DNA from: Escherichia phage vB_EcoS_HASG4
Sequence record: NC_100331.1
Strand: one strand, 5' to 3'
Length of the DNA stretch: 64,000 nucleotides
Each line of letters starts with the position of its first letter. Position 1 is the first letter of the stretch. This document shows positions 9,386 to 19,515 of this stretch, in pieces. Both the position numbers and the translations under genes were made by a program. The notes under the pieces are model-generated. The model did not search any database. It saw only the letters and a program-made list of their open reading frames with translations, and was not told the origin of the DNA.

Positions 9386-10357
9386 ATGACCAATGTAAAA
9401 GAATTTATTAAACGCTGTCAAGAAGCATATTATCAGGGTATGTCTTTAATCTCTGATGAGGAGTATGATTGCCTGGTAAAACGCTTCCCGTTAGAAGAAG
9501 AGATCGGGCCTAAGGGCGATATTCCACATCTGTATCGTATGTATTCTTTACAGAAAGTTTATTATAATCGTGGAGATAAACCCCCATTTAACCCATTAGG
9601 TCAGGTAGAAACTGACAAGTTAGATGGTTGTGCGATTTCTCTATTATATATTAATGGCGAATTTGTTCAAGCACTAACTCGTGGTAATGGTATTCTAGGG
9701 AATGATGTCACAAGCAACGTAAGACTGCTGAATATCCCTAAAAAGATTTCCCAAAAAGTACCAACTCAAATCACTGGTGAAGTTCTAATTACAAAAGAAG
9801 TAGAAAATAAACGTAACTTTGCCTCTGGTGCTATTAACCTCAAAGATAGCGATGATTTCGTACAACGTATCGGGGAAGGCGGTTTAATCTTCGTTGCATA
9901 CGGTATCCAGTGTTCTGCCGAATCTGTAGGTATTACAGAATCGTATTTAAAAGATATGCTTTGGCTAGAGAATGAGAACTTCTTAACAGTTGTTAATGTG
10001 CGTTCCTTCTTTAAATGGATTCCGACTGACGGTAAAGTTGTTCGTATTAATGACAACAACAAATTCTTCCGTGAGGGCTGGACAAATAAATTCCCTCGTG
10101 GAGCATTCGCCATTAAAGAGGATGAAGAAGGCGAAATTACAACTCTTACTAAAGTTGAGTGGCAGGTAGGGGCTTCTGGTAAAGTAACTCCAGTTGGCTA
10201 TTTCGAACCGGTAATTATTGATGATGCTACAATTGTTAAAGCGACTCTTAATAACGTTGATTATATTAACTCTCTCGATCTAGAGATCGGTTGCCAGATT
10301 CGAGTGATTCGTGCTGGTGGTGTAATCCCGTGTATAGTAGAGCGAGTATACGATTAA
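9386..10357 (+). CDS. NAD-dependent DNA ligase, N-terminal (adenylation/OB) subunit
   Basis: ETDKLDGCAIS carries the KxDG adenylation-lysine motif of LigA-type ligases; length fits the nucleotidyltransferase plus OB domains only. Confidence 0.75.
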   Translation: MTNVKEFIKRCQEAYYQGMSLISDEEYDCLVKRFPLEEEIGPKGDIPHLYRMYSLQKVYYNRGDKPPFNPLGQVETDKLDGCAISLLYINGEFVQALTRGNGILGNDVTSNVRLLNIPKKISQKVPTQITGEVLITKEVENKRNFASGAINLKDSDDFVQRIGEGGLIFVAYGIQCSAESVGITESYLKDMLWLENENFLTVVNVRSFFKWIPTDGKVVRINDNNKFFREGWTNKFPRGAFAIKEDEEGEITTLTKVEWQVGASGKVTPVGYFEPVIIDDATIVKATLNNVDYINSLDLEIGCQIRVIRAGGVIPCIVERVYD

Positions 10358-10407
10358 TACATAACCCTTTGCTACCCATCTACCATATCGGAATTATAAA
10401 GTGGTTA

Positions 10408-10436
10408 TTGACATTTTCGCCGCTTAGGTATATACT
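10408..10436 (+). promoter_or_regulatory. consensus sigma70 promoter
   Basis: TTGACA (10408-10413), 17-nt spacer, TATACT (10431-10436). Confidence 0.55.
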
Positions 10437-10500
10437 ATTATCATTCAGTTGAGGGATAGAAAGTTATGGCGAGGGTAAGCAAAGTTAGTTAAAATTGTAG

Positions 10501-10556
10501 TTGCTAAATGCTTAAATACTTGCTATAATATTTATATAAATTGATAAGGAAGAAAT
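10501..10556 (+). promoter_or_regulatory. strong early promoter (T5-like family, extended -10)
   Basis: TTGCTA-N17-TGcTATAAT (10524-10529), then ATTTATATAAATTGATAAGGAAG. Confidence 0.55.
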
Positions 10557-10559
10557 TTG

Positions 10560-11339
10560 ATGAAAATCGAAATTCCAACACAATGTCCCTCTTGTGGTTC
10601 TAAGCTAGATCTTGTCAACGGACAATTATTCTGTCGTAATAAGTCCAACTGTCCAGCGCAATCAAGCAAGTTAATTGAGAACTTCTGTTCAAAAATGAAG
10701 TTAAAGGGCTTTGGCCCAAAAACTATTGAGAAGCTGGAGCTGACGAAGATTTCAGAACTATTTTACCTAACCGAAGAAGATTTGGTTAGAGCCGTGGGTA
10801 GCAAGGTTGCCGCTAAGTTAATTAGCGAATTAAATACTAAAGTTCGCGGAGACATTGACTTTGGTTCAGTTCTCGGTTCTTTAGGAATCCCTCTAATTGG
10901 AGAAGTTGCAGCAAAGAAACTATCCCAAAATTGCACTAGCTTCCATGATGTGAAGGCTGACGGCAAGGCTGGAGAAAATTACAAAGCCTGGCTAAATTCC
11001 CCACAAGGCAAGGATGTTATTGAACTACCGTGGAAATTTTCAACTGGTGTTAAGGGCACTAAAGCTGACGTCATCATTACAGATGAATTAGTTGCCCAGC
11101 CAAATGGAATCGCGGTATGTATTACCGGATCTTTGCAAGATTTTGCAAATCGAACGGATGCAACAAACTATTTAGAAGGTCTAGGATATACGGTTAAGAA
11201 ATCCGTTACCAAAGACGTCAAATACCTAATCTGTGAGGATGAATCGAAGCGTTCTTCCTCATCTTATAAGAAAGCCGAAACGAATGGGATAGAAATCCTG
11301 TCGATTAAAGAACTATTGGAGAAAAATAATAATGTCTAA
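10560..11339 (+). CDS. NAD-dependent DNA ligase, C-terminal subunit (zinc finger, HhH, BRCT-like)
   Basis: CPSCGSKLDLVNGQLFCRNKSNCPAQ is the LigA C4 zinc finger; downstream G-hairpin-G-like segments; ATG at 10560 with AAGGAAG SD. Confidence 0.75.
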   Translation: MKIEIPTQCPSCGSKLDLVNGQLFCRNKSNCPAQSSKLIENFCSKMKLKGFGPKTIEKLELTKISELFYLTEEDLVRAVGSKVAAKLISELNTKVRGDIDFGSVLGSLGIPLIGEVAAKKLSQNCTSFHDVKADGKAGENYKAWLNSPQGKDVIELPWKFSTGVKGTKADVIITDELVAQPNGIAVCITGSLQDFANRTDATNYLEGLGYTVKKSVTKDVKYLICEDESKRSSSSYKKAETNGIEILSIKELLEKNNNV

Positions 11340-12099
11340 ACTGAACTGGAACGTAGAAGGTGTAACCGAGTCTCTGAAAGCAAAAGCCACTGCTCTGGGT
11401 GTTTCTGTAATCTCTCAAGAACAAGTAGCTGCTATCGCTGCTGAACTGGCTGCTGAAACCGGCAAAGATGTTACTGCTCGCTCTGTTGGCTCTAAACTGC
11501 GTAAAGAAGGTTTTGAAGTACAAAAAGCTAACGAAGTACAGAAATCTCCGTGGACTCCTGAGCAGGAAGCTGAACTGGTTGATTTCCTGAATGCTCATGC
11601 TGGTCAGTATACCTATGCTGAAATCGCTGCTGCTGTAGCTGGTGGTCAGTTCGGTGCTAAACAGGTACAGGGTAAGATCCTGAGTCTGGAAATGACCGCT
11701 TCTGTTAAGCCAACCGAAAAAGCTGCTGCTGTTCGTTCCTTCACTCCGGATGAAGAAACTGATTTTGTTAATCAGGTTGTTGCTGGTGCTACTATTGAAG
11801 CTATCGCTGCTCACTTCGGTCGTAATATCAAGCAGATCCGTGGTAAAGCTCTGAGCCTGCTTCGTGAAGGTCGTATCGCTGCTATGCCGGTACAGGAAAC
11901 CTCAAGTGCTAAAACTCGTGAAGATCTGTTAGAAGGTCTGGATCTGGTTAACATGACTGTTGCTGAGATCGCTGAGAAAACTGGTAAATCTGAGCGCGGT
12001 GTTAAATCTATGCTGTCTCGTCGTGGTCTGGTTGCTAAGGACTATGATGGTGCCGCTAAGCGTGCTAAACTGGATGCAAAAGCTGCGGCTGCTGAATAA
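11332..12099 (+). CDS. internally repeated HTH-like protein with host-optimal codon usage
   Basis: Four repeats of an xTxAEIAxxxGxxxxxVxxKxLSxxxxG-type unit; strong bias to ctg/gct/ggt/cgt codons; followed by a terminator. Confidence 0.55.
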   Translation: MSKLNWNVEGVTESLKAKATALGVSVISQEQVAAIAAELAAETGKDVTARSVGSKLRKEGFEVQKANEVQKSPWTPEQEAELVDFLNAHAGQYTYAEIAAAVAGGQFGAKQVQGKILSLEMTASVKPTEKAAAVRSFTPDEETDFVNQVVAGATIEAIAAHFGRNIKQIRGKALSLLREGRIAAMPVQETSSAKTREDLLEGLDLVNMTVAEIAEKTGKSERGVKSMLSRRGLVAKDYDGAAKRAKLDAKAAAAE

Positions 12100-12116
12100 T
12101 CTGGTAAATTAAACCT

Positions 12117-12150
12117 AAGGGGAGGGGGCTATGCTCCTTCCCCTTTTTGC
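12117..12150 (+). terminator. rho-independent terminator-like hairpin
   Basis: AAGGGGAGGGGG-ctatgc-TCCTTCCCCTT followed by TTTTG; overlaps the track's 12131 start, so that start is unlikely. Confidence 0.5.
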
Positions 12151-12181
12151 ATTTAGAAGGCACGAAAGCGTGCAAAGGAGA

Positions 12182-13654
12182 ATGACCTTGTTTAACGTGC
12201 AAGCTGTAGTGTTGAAGATGCTTCTAGCTTCCGAACAGAAGCAAATAGCATTGGAAACATTCTCAAAACTGCATAAAGATCATTTTAATGACGCTTTCTC
12301 CTCAATTTACCAAGCCGTCCAGAATTATTATAAAAAATATAACACAATGCCGTCCATTGACGCACTTATGCTTGAAGCTAATAGGAACGCCCGCCTTTCT
12401 CAAGCTCTAGTCGTCTTAGCTAACACTCAAATTCCAGAAGTGAGCATGGAACAGGCACTTGAAGTCCTAGAGGCCGAATATACACAGGATTTATTCCTGA
12501 AGCTTCTAGAAACAGACGTGCTTCAAGATTTAACAATGCTGGATCAGGGAGAAATTCTCAACCGAGTTGCCTCCCTTCACTTAAAATTAGAAGAGAAAGT
12601 AACGAATACTGGAAAAGTATTCAACGCAGATAACATGCGTATTTTCCAGAGAGAAGAAGATACCAAACTGAATTTAATCGCTCTTGGTATTTGTAATGAG
12701 TTCGACGCTCAAATTGGTTTAGCTCGCACAGAAACGTTACTGCTTGGTGGTTGGCGTGGTACTGGTAAATCCATTATCTGTTCAAACATACAGGTTCAGC
12801 AATATTTGAATGGAGATATTGCTCCATACTTCTCAATTGAGATGAAAGAACATGAAGTATTTAGACGTAATCTAGCCATGTTAGCTGGTGTATCAGCACT
12901 AGCAATGCGTAATAATACTCTAGAAGGTGCAGCTCTGTTGAGATTAGCCAGAACTAGAGCTAGGATGTTTAACGGTGGTGAAGAGCTTTTCGATAACTTT
13001 GTTAAACAGTACACAATGGCTAAGATGAGTGATTTCTACGATATGGAGAGTAAGCTAATAGAGGGATATGAACTACATACTCCTATGATTATCGTTTATG
13101 ACCCTGAACTGTCCATTACAACAGTTGATGTAGAATTAAATAAATTAGTTGCTAGATATGGTGATAAAGTTACAGTAGCTTTACTGGACTATATTAACCA
13201 AACCCGACTTCCAGATTCTAAAACCATTGATATGTATGACTGGAAAGAACAGATGGTTGTTAGCTCGTCTTTCAAATCCATCTGCCAGAAACATAACGTG
13301 GCTGGTGTAGCTCCTTACCAGATCGATCAAGATGGTAGAACACGTATGTCAAAGGGGATTCTTGATTCCGCAGACATGGCTGCTAATCTTAATGCTGCAA
13401 AAGCCGATAATGGTCAAGGTGCTATTATGTTTGACTTCGTTAAGACTCGTTCTTCTGATAGCGTGAAGTTTATGCCTAAGATGAACTGGGAAACCTTGCG
13501 GATGGATAACACTACCAACCTAGCAATGGAAGATATATCTCAAATGGAAGCTGAGTTCGTTATCCCTATTGAGAAGGATAAGCCGGCTCAACCTAAACGT
13601 GCTAAGAAAGACAAAACTGAAAATTCAACAGGTGAACAGGCCAGCGATATATGA
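12182..13654 (+). CDS. DnaB-like replicative DNA helicase
   Basis: Walker A GGWRGTGKS; H2-like motif VALLDYINQ; RecA-like C-terminal domain. Start uncertain (ATG 12182 or 12218). Confidence 0.65.
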   Translation: MTLFNVQAVVLKMLLASEQKQIALETFSKLHKDHFNDAFSSIYQAVQNYYKKYNTMPSIDALMLEANRNARLSQALVVLANTQIPEVSMEQALEVLEAEYTQDLFLKLLETDVLQDLTMLDQGEILNRVASLHLKLEEKVTNTGKVFNADNMRIFQREEDTKLNLIALGICNEFDAQIGLARTETLLLGGWRGTGKSIICSNIQVQQYLNGDIAPYFSIEMKEHEVFRRNLAMLAGVSALAMRNNTLEGAALLRLARTRARMFNGGEELFDNFVKQYTMAKMSDFYDMESKLIEGYELHTPMIIVYDPELSITTVDVELNKLVARYGDKVTVALLDYINQTRLPDSKTIDMYDWKEQMVVSSSFKSICQKHNVAGVAPYQIDQDGRTRMSKGILDSADMAANLNAAKADNGQGAIMFDFVKTRSSDSVKFMPKMNWETLRMDNTTNLAMEDISQMEAEFVIPIEKDKPAQPKRAKKDKTENSTGEQASDI

Positions 13655-14541
13655 GTAGAATAACAGAACTACTTGATCTGAAAGGCATTGAATATAAAGA
13701 CACAGGTGGGGACATCCTCATCTGTTGTCTCAATCCAGATCATGACGATAAACACCCAAGTTTGCGTATTGATCCTGAAACAGGTATTATGCACTGCTTG
13801 AGTTGTGGCTTCGGTAAAGGTATACCGAGCATTTACCATTATTTTAATGAGACTCAGTACAGACAGTCCCCAAGACTATCGCAGGTACGTAAAAAGATTT
13901 CAGAGATTAGGAATGGATCAACGAATCTTGCAATTCCTGAATCTGCTTACCTTTTCGAAGGTGATTTCCGAGGTATAAGTTCTAAGACCTTGAAGAAATA
14001 TTTTGCTTTCCAACACCAAGCAGACTGGGAAGGCAGAATTGTATTCCCAATCACAGATGCTGTTGGACGCAATATCCTATTTTTGGGTCGTTCTATAAAC
14101 AGTTCTGCCCCTCCTAAATACTTAGTAAAACCAAAACAAGTTTCACCACCTATTTTCCCTGTACGATATAATACTCCAGTTCTTATTCTAGTTGAAGGTA
14201 TCTTTGATATGCTGAACCTAGAGGATAATGGTATAGACTATGCTTCTTGCTGCTTTGGTACACATCAGTTCACTTCAGATAACATTGCAGATAAGTTCAG
14301 TCCTTATATTATTGCTGGTGTAAAAGTTGTTGTTATCTTACTAGATAATGATGCTTCTGGTAATAAAGCTGCACAAGCATTGGCTAAGCTAATTCGTACA
14401 AAAACGCGTTTAACACCTGTAGTTGCTAACTTTCTCCTGCCTGAAGGTAAAGATCCAGGTGATTTAAACAAAGATGAAATTGATATGTTAGCAAAACGTA
14501 TTGAAATTTTAGTTGCTGAATCGCTTAAAGATTTGGTATAA
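13651..14541 (+). CDS. DnaG-like DNA primase (zinc ribbon plus Toprim)
   Basis: CCLNPDHDDKHPSLRIDPETGIMHCLSCGFGKG is a CHC2-type zinc motif; ILVEGIFDMLNL and LLDNDASG are Toprim-like. Confidence 0.7.
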   Translation: MSRITELLDLKGIEYKDTGGDILICCLNPDHDDKHPSLRIDPETGIMHCLSCGFGKGIPSIYHYFNETQYRQSPRLSQVRKKISEIRNGSTNLAIPESAYLFEGDFRGISSKTLKKYFAFQHQADWEGRIVFPITDAVGRNILFLGRSINSSAPPKYLVKPKQVSPPIFPVRYNTPVLILVEGIFDMLNLEDNGIDYASCCFGTHQFTSDNIADKFSPYIIAGVKVVVILLDNDASGNKAAQALAKLIRTKTRLTPVVANFLLPEGKDPGDLNKDEIDMLAKRIEILVAESLKDLV

Positions 14542-14560
14542 TATATTGGTAAGTTAGAGA
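14513..14560 (+). promoter_or_regulatory. strong early promoter (extended -10) inside the 3' end of the primase gene
   Basis: TTGCTG-N18-TGgTATAAT (14537-14542), then ATATTGGTAAGTTAGAGAAG; placed to drive the polymerase gene. Confidence 0.5.
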
Positions 14561-14603
14561 AGAAACACTGAAGTTATACTTACTTACCAAGAGGAGATTA
14601 AAT

Positions 14604-17171
14604 TTGAAAATCGCAGTAGTTGATAAAGCTCTAAATAACACTCGTTACGATAAACATTTCCAGCTATACGGCGAGGAAGTTGATGTATTCCATATGTGTA
14701 ACGAGAAGTTATCTGGTCGTTTGCTTAAAAAGCACATTACTATTGGAACACCAGAAAACCCATTTGATCCGAATGATTATGATTTTGTTATACTAGTAGG
14801 TGCTGAACCTTTCCTGTATTTCGCAGGTAAGAAAGGCATTGGTGACTATACTGGTAAACGTGTAGAGTATAATGGATATGCTAACTGGATTGCGAGTATC
14901 AGCCCAGCCCAGCTACACTTTAAGCCTGAAATGAAACCAGTTTTCGATGCAACAGTAGAGAATATCCACGATATTATCAATGGTCGTGAGAAGATTGCAA
15001 AAGCTGGTGATTACCGTCCTATTACTGACCCTGACGAGGCGGAAGAATATATCAAGATGGTGTATAATATGGTTATCGGACCTGTCGCATTCGACTCCGA
15101 AACCTCAGCACTATACTGTCGAGATGGTTATCTGCTTGGTGTTTCTATGTCTCACCAAGAATATCAGGGTGTATATATCGATTCTGATTGTCTCACAGAG
15201 GTTGCAGTATATTATCTCCAGAAAATTCTGGATAGTGAAAATCACATTATTGTTTTTCACAACCTGAAGTTTGATATGCACTTTTATAAGTACCATTTGG
15301 GACTTACCTTTGATAAAGCACATAAAGAACGTAGGCTCCATGATACTATGTTGCAGCATTATGTTCTAGATGAACGTCGTGGTACTCATGGCTTGAAATC
15401 TCTAGCAATGAAGTATACCGATATGGGTGACTATGACTTTGAACTAGATAAGTTCAAGGAGGATTACTGCAAAGCACATAAAATCAAGAAGGAAGATTTC
15501 ACCTATGATTTAATTCCGTTTGATATTATGTGGCCATATGCTGCGAAAGATACAGATGCTACCATACGTTTGCACAACTTCTTTTTACCAAAAATTGAGA
15601 AGAATGAAAAACTTTGTAGTCTGTACTACGATGTTTTGATGCCTGGTTGCGTATTCTTGCAACGTGTTGAGGATCGTGGAGTACCTATTTCTATTGATCG
15701 TTTGAAAGAAGCTCAGTATCAGTTAACTCATAACCTGAATAAAGCCCGTGAGAAACTGTACACTTATCCAGAAGTTAAACAGCTAGAACAAGATCAGAAT
15801 GAAGCATTTAACCCAAACTCTGTTAAGCAACTTCGTGTTCTTCTGTTCGATTATGTTGGTTTGACTCCAACTGGTAAATTAACAGATACTGGTGCAGATT
15901 CTACGGATGCAGAAGCTCTGAATGAACTGGCTACGCAGCATCCAATTGCTAAAACTCTGTTAGAGATTCGTAAGCTGACTAAGCTAATCTCTACTTATGT
16001 TGAGAAGATTCTTCTGAGTATTGATGCGGATGGTTGCATTCGTACTGGTTTCCACGAACACATGACTACTTCTGGTCGTCTAAGTTCTTCTGGTAAACTG
16101 AACCTGCAACAGTTACCTCGTGATGAATCTATTATTAAGGGTTGTGTAGTTGCACCACCTGGATACCGTGTAATCGCATGGGACTTAACAACTGCGGAAG
16201 TTTATTATGCTGCTGTTCTATCTGGTGATAGAAATATGCAACAGGTATTTATCAACATGAGAAATGAACCTGATAAATACCCTGACTTCCACTCTAACAT
16301 CGCACACATGGTATTTAAGCTCCAATGCGAACCTCGTGATGTTAAAAAGTTATTTCCAGCTCTGCGTCAAGCAGCTAAAGCAATCACCTTTGGTATTCTG
16401 TATGGTTCTGGCCCAGCTAAAGTAGCTCATTCTGTTAACGAAGCTCTTCTGGAACAGGCTGCTAAGACAGGCGAACCGTTTGTAGAGTGTACTGTTGCAG
16501 ATGCTAAAGAGTACATTGAAACTTACTTCGGTCAGTTCCCGCAGCTTAAGCGTTGGATTGATAAGTGCCACGATCAGATCAAGAATCATGGATTTATCTA
16601 TAGTCACTTTGGTCGTAAACGTCGTCTGCATAATATCCACTCCGAAGACCGTGGTGTTCAGGGTGAAGAAATCCGTTCTGGATTTAACGCAATCATTCAG
16701 TCTGCTTCTTCTGATAGCCTCCTTTTAGGTGCGGTAGATGCAGATAATGAGATCATTTCTCTTGGCTTAGAACAAGAGATGAAGATTGTTATGCTGGTTC
16801 ATGACTCCGTAGTTGCTATTGTTCGTGAGGATTTGATCGACCAATACAATGAAATCCTGATTCGTAATATTCAGAAAGACCGTGGTATCAGTATTCCTGG
16901 CTGTCCGATTGGTATTGATTCAGATTCTGAAGCTGGAGGTTCTCGTGACTATTCTTGTGGTAAGATGAAGAAACAGCACCCATCAATCGCTTGTATTGAT
17001 GATGATGAATATACTCGTTACGTTAAAGAAATGCTACTTGACGCAGAGTTCGAGTATAAGAAACTAGCTGCAATGGATAAAGAGCATCCAGATCATAGCA
17101 AATACAAGGATGATAAGTTTATTGCTGTATGTAAAGATCTGGATAACGTGAAAAGGATTCTTGGTGCTTAA
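14604..17171 (+). CDS. DNA polymerase, family A, with 3'-5' exonuclease domain
   Basis: Exo motifs FDSETSALY, HNLKFDMHF, YAAKDTDA; polymerase motifs RQAAKAITFGILYGSG and LVHDSVV; TTG start with GAGGAG SD; 855 aa, the size I recall for T5 polymerase. Confidence 0.9.
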   Translation: MKIAVVDKALNNTRYDKHFQLYGEEVDVFHMCNEKLSGRLLKKHITIGTPENPFDPNDYDFVILVGAEPFLYFAGKKGIGDYTGKRVEYNGYANWIASISPAQLHFKPEMKPVFDATVENIHDIINGREKIAKAGDYRPITDPDEAEEYIKMVYNMVIGPVAFDSETSALYCRDGYLLGVSMSHQEYQGVYIDSDCLTEVAVYYLQKILDSENHIIVFHNLKFDMHFYKYHLGLTFDKAHKERRLHDTMLQHYVLDERRGTHGLKSLAMKYTDMGDYDFELDKFKEDYCKAHKIKKEDFTYDLIPFDIMWPYAAKDTDATIRLHNFFLPKIEKNEKLCSLYYDVLMPGCVFLQRVEDRGVPISIDRLKEAQYQLTHNLNKAREKLYTYPEVKQLEQDQNEAFNPNSVKQLRVLLFDYVGLTPTGKLTDTGADSTDAEALNELATQHPIAKTLLEIRKLTKLISTYVEKILLSIDADGCIRTGFHEHMTTSGRLSSSGKLNLQQLPRDESIIKGCVVAPPGYRVIAWDLTTAEVYYAAVLSGDRNMQQVFINMRNEPDKYPDFHSNIAHMVFKLQCEPRDVKKLFPALRQAAKAITFGILYGSGPAKVAHSVNEALLEQAAKTGEPFVECTVADAKEYIETYFGQFPQLKRWIDKCHDQIKNHGFIYSHFGRKRRLHNIHSEDRGVQGEEIRSGFNAIIQSASSDSLLLGAVDADNEIISLGLEQEMKIVMLVHDSVVAIVREDLIDQYNEILIRNIQKDRGISIPGCPIGIDSDSEAGGSRDYSCGKMKKQHPSIACIDDDEYTRYVKEMLLDAEFEYKKLAAMDKEHPDHSKYKDDKFIAVCKDLDNVKRILGA

Positions 17172-17661
17172 TTTCAAATTGCCCGTCTATGCGTTACGGG
17201 CGTTTGTATCAATTGAGCAAGAAGGTGATTATTCCGTAATTACAACAAGATATAATAAATATGTGCTAGATAACAGGAAGTTGCCTGGCACGTTTTCTCA
17301 ACGTAGGCTTATTCTATTTGAGAAACGGAAAGAATTACCATACAAGCTCTATCCTATTAGAGGTAGAATATCAATGTTGTCTCAATTAGTTGGGTCAAAG
17401 CGTAACCAATTTATAGATTCTGATGGAAATCTTATTAATTGGAAGAAAACTACGTTCTATGACGTTGTCACCTCTAAAGTTTTGCATTCAGCTAGAATTT
17501 ATAATGGAAAATACCAATGCTATGTGGCTAAAGTCCCTTATCCATTTGTATTATCCTACGTTCCAGCTTACATAAGCTATATTCTGGTAAATAATAGCCC
17601 TGTTATTTACCAAGTCCATCAAGAGGAGCCTGAAATTCCTAGACTTAGAATAAAATTATGA
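17161..17661 (+). CDS. hypothetical protein (start uncertain)
   Basis: ORF; the N-terminal part overlaps a terminator-like hairpin, so the real start may be an internal ATG (about 17374). Confidence 0.3.
   Translation: MVLNFKLPVYALRAFVSIEQEGDYSVITTRYNKYVLDNRKLPGTFSQRRLILFEKRKELPYKLYPIRGRISMLSQLVGSKRNQFIDSDGNLINWKKTTFYDVVTSKVLHSARIYNGKYQCYVAKVPYPFVLSYVPAYISYILVNNSPVIYQVHQEEPEIPRLRIKL
17181..17207 (+). terminator. terminator-like hairpin just after the polymerase stop
   Basis: GCCCGT-ctatgcgtt-ACGGGC followed by GTTTGT; lies inside the track's 17161 ORF. Confidence 0.4.
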
Positions 17662-19010
17662 AGGTTGTTATATCTAATAAAGCCTATTTCAAGCCCGATG
17701 ATGAACTTTGGGATTATTGTAGTAAGCAAACCACTTATCACATAGAGACAATGACTAGTAAATACCCTATTATGTATAAGAATAGTGGTGTTGTTGCCAA
17801 AGAGATTAAGTGGATTCCTATTACGCGTCTGGACTTACTAGATGCTAAAGGAGTAAAATACGAATTAGTCGATAAACGCACATTAGCACCGGTAGATATA
17901 CCAAAACCGTCGTTTAAACTGCGTAAAGAAGATCAGCTTCCAATATATGAAGAATGCGATGATACCTGCATTATTAATGGTAAGCCTGGATTTGGTAAAA
18001 CTATCCTAGCCCTTGCACTTGCGTATAAATTTGGCCAGAAAACTTTGGTAATCTGTACGAATACATCCATTCGTGAAATGTGGGCGGCAGAAGTTCGTAA
18101 ATGGTTTGGGTTTGAACCGGGCATCATAGGTTCTGGGAAATACAATATTGATCCACCAATTGTAGTTAGTAATATTCAAACAGTGAATAAACATGCGAAT
18201 AATCTTTCTAAAGTATTCGGTACTGTTATAGTTGATGAAGTTCACCATTGTGTGGCTACAACTTTCACTAATTTCCTAGAAATATCCTGTGCTCGCTATA
18301 AAATTGGACTATCTGGTACACTAAAACGAAAAGATGGTTTACAAGTTATGTTCAAAGATTTCTTTGGATATAAGATATTTAGCCCACCGGTTAATAATAC
18401 TGTTGCACCTACAATCCATAGGTACTCCGTGCCTGTTGAGCTATCAGGAAACCAAAACGTACCATGGGCATTACGTGCTAATGATGTGTATAACCATCCT
18501 GAATATCGAGAGACTATTATAAACCTAGCACATTTATATGTGAATATGGGACATAAGGTACTCATTGTAAGTGATAGAACAGAGTTAATCCAAACAGTAC
18601 TAGAAGCACTATCTCAGCGAGAAGTCACAACCTATGAGATTATTGGCGCAACCCCCTTAGATGACCGATTAAAAATTCAGGAAGACATAGCAAAAGGTGG
18701 CCCTTGTGTACTTGCAGCAGCTCAAAGTATCTTCTCTGAAGGTATTTCCCTTAATGAGCTATCTTGTTTAATAATGGGAAGCCTCATTAATAATGAATCT
18801 CTCATTGAACAGCTTGCAGGCCGTGTTCAACGTATTGTCGATGGTAAACTCGACCCTATTGTTGTAGATCTAATTATGAAAGGTGGCACTGGACTAAGAC
18901 AGGCTTCTGGACGTATGGCAGTATATCGTAACAACGGGTGGAAAACTATTACTATGACTCCGGAGAAAGCAGTTCAATTAGCTAAAATTGCATTTGGCAA
19001 CAGCTCATAA
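17658..19010 (+). CDS. SF2 DNA helicase (D10-like)
   Basis: Walker A GKPGFGKT, DEVH box (IVDEVHH), helicase C-terminal domain; 450 aa, the size I recall for T5 D10. Confidence 0.75.
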   Translation: MKVVISNKAYFKPDDELWDYCSKQTTYHIETMTSKYPIMYKNSGVVAKEIKWIPITRLDLLDAKGVKYELVDKRTLAPVDIPKPSFKLRKEDQLPIYEECDDTCIINGKPGFGKTILALALAYKFGQKTLVICTNTSIREMWAAEVRKWFGFEPGIIGSGKYNIDPPIVVSNIQTVNKHANNLSKVFGTVIVDEVHHCVATTFTNFLEISCARYKIGLSGTLKRKDGLQVMFKDFFGYKIFSPPVNNTVAPTIHRYSVPVELSGNQNVPWALRANDVYNHPEYRETIINLAHLYVNMGHKVLIVSDRTELIQTVLEALSQREVTTYEIIGATPLDDRLKIQEDIAKGGPCVLAAAQSIFSEGISLNELSCLIMGSLINNESLIEQLAGRVQRIVDGKLDPIVVDLIMKGGTGLRQASGRMAVYRNNGWKTITMTPEKAVQLAKIAFGNSS

Positions 19011-19050
19011 ATGATGTATAATATATACATAAATTTGAGAGAGAAAGTTT
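19000..19050 (+). promoter_or_regulatory. strong early promoter (T5-like family)
   Basis: TGTATAAT with TATAAT at 19017-19022, then ATATACATAAATTTGAGAGAG. Confidence 0.5.
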
Positions 19051-19093
19051 CGGATTGATAAGAAAGTCCGAAGCAGAAAAATAAAAATTTTAG

Positions 19094-19150
19094 TTGCTAA
19101 ATTCTCTCGAAATCTAGTATAATATATACATAAATTCGAGGAGAAAACAA
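19094..19150 (+). promoter_or_regulatory. strong early promoter (T5-like family)
   Basis: TTGCTA-N18-TATAAT (19118-19123), then ATATACATAAATTCGAGGAG. Confidence 0.5.
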
Positions 19151-19230
19151 AAATTAAATTCTTCGATTATGAAAAGCTATACTTACTAGCTAGAGGAAAT
19201 TCCGACCTAATTATTAAGCTATTCAAAAGA

Positions 19231-19515
19231 ATGCTTACCGAGCCTGATGCTCACCAATTGTTGGTCGGTTCCTCATTCATTTTGAATGAATCAACAATAG
19301 TTGATAATCCAAATAAATTGTCTAATAGACAACTGGCAGAATATCTAGGAATTTTAAGTCTACGAAATTATGCCGAATACAAGTTTACAAACGATCCTAG
19401 TTTGGACATACAATATGTTCCAGTATGGATACCACGTTTAGTAATCGACACTAACCCACTAATCGCAATTAACAAATCGAAATTAATCTTTAAAGAGGAA
19501 ATAAAATATGGCTAA
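19231..19515 (+). CDS. hypothetical protein
   Basis: ORF between promoter and the next gene; no motif. Confidence 0.3.
   Translation: MLTEPDAHQLLVGSSFILNESTIVDNPNKLSNRQLAEYLGILSLRNYAEYKFTNDPSLDIQYVPVWIPRLVIDTNPLIAINKSKLIFKEEIKYG

Noticed and set aside
12131-12181. Track start of the DnaB-like helicase at 12131
   Set aside because: That ATG lies inside the terminator hairpin of the upstream gene; a downstream ATG (12182 or 12218) is more plausible.
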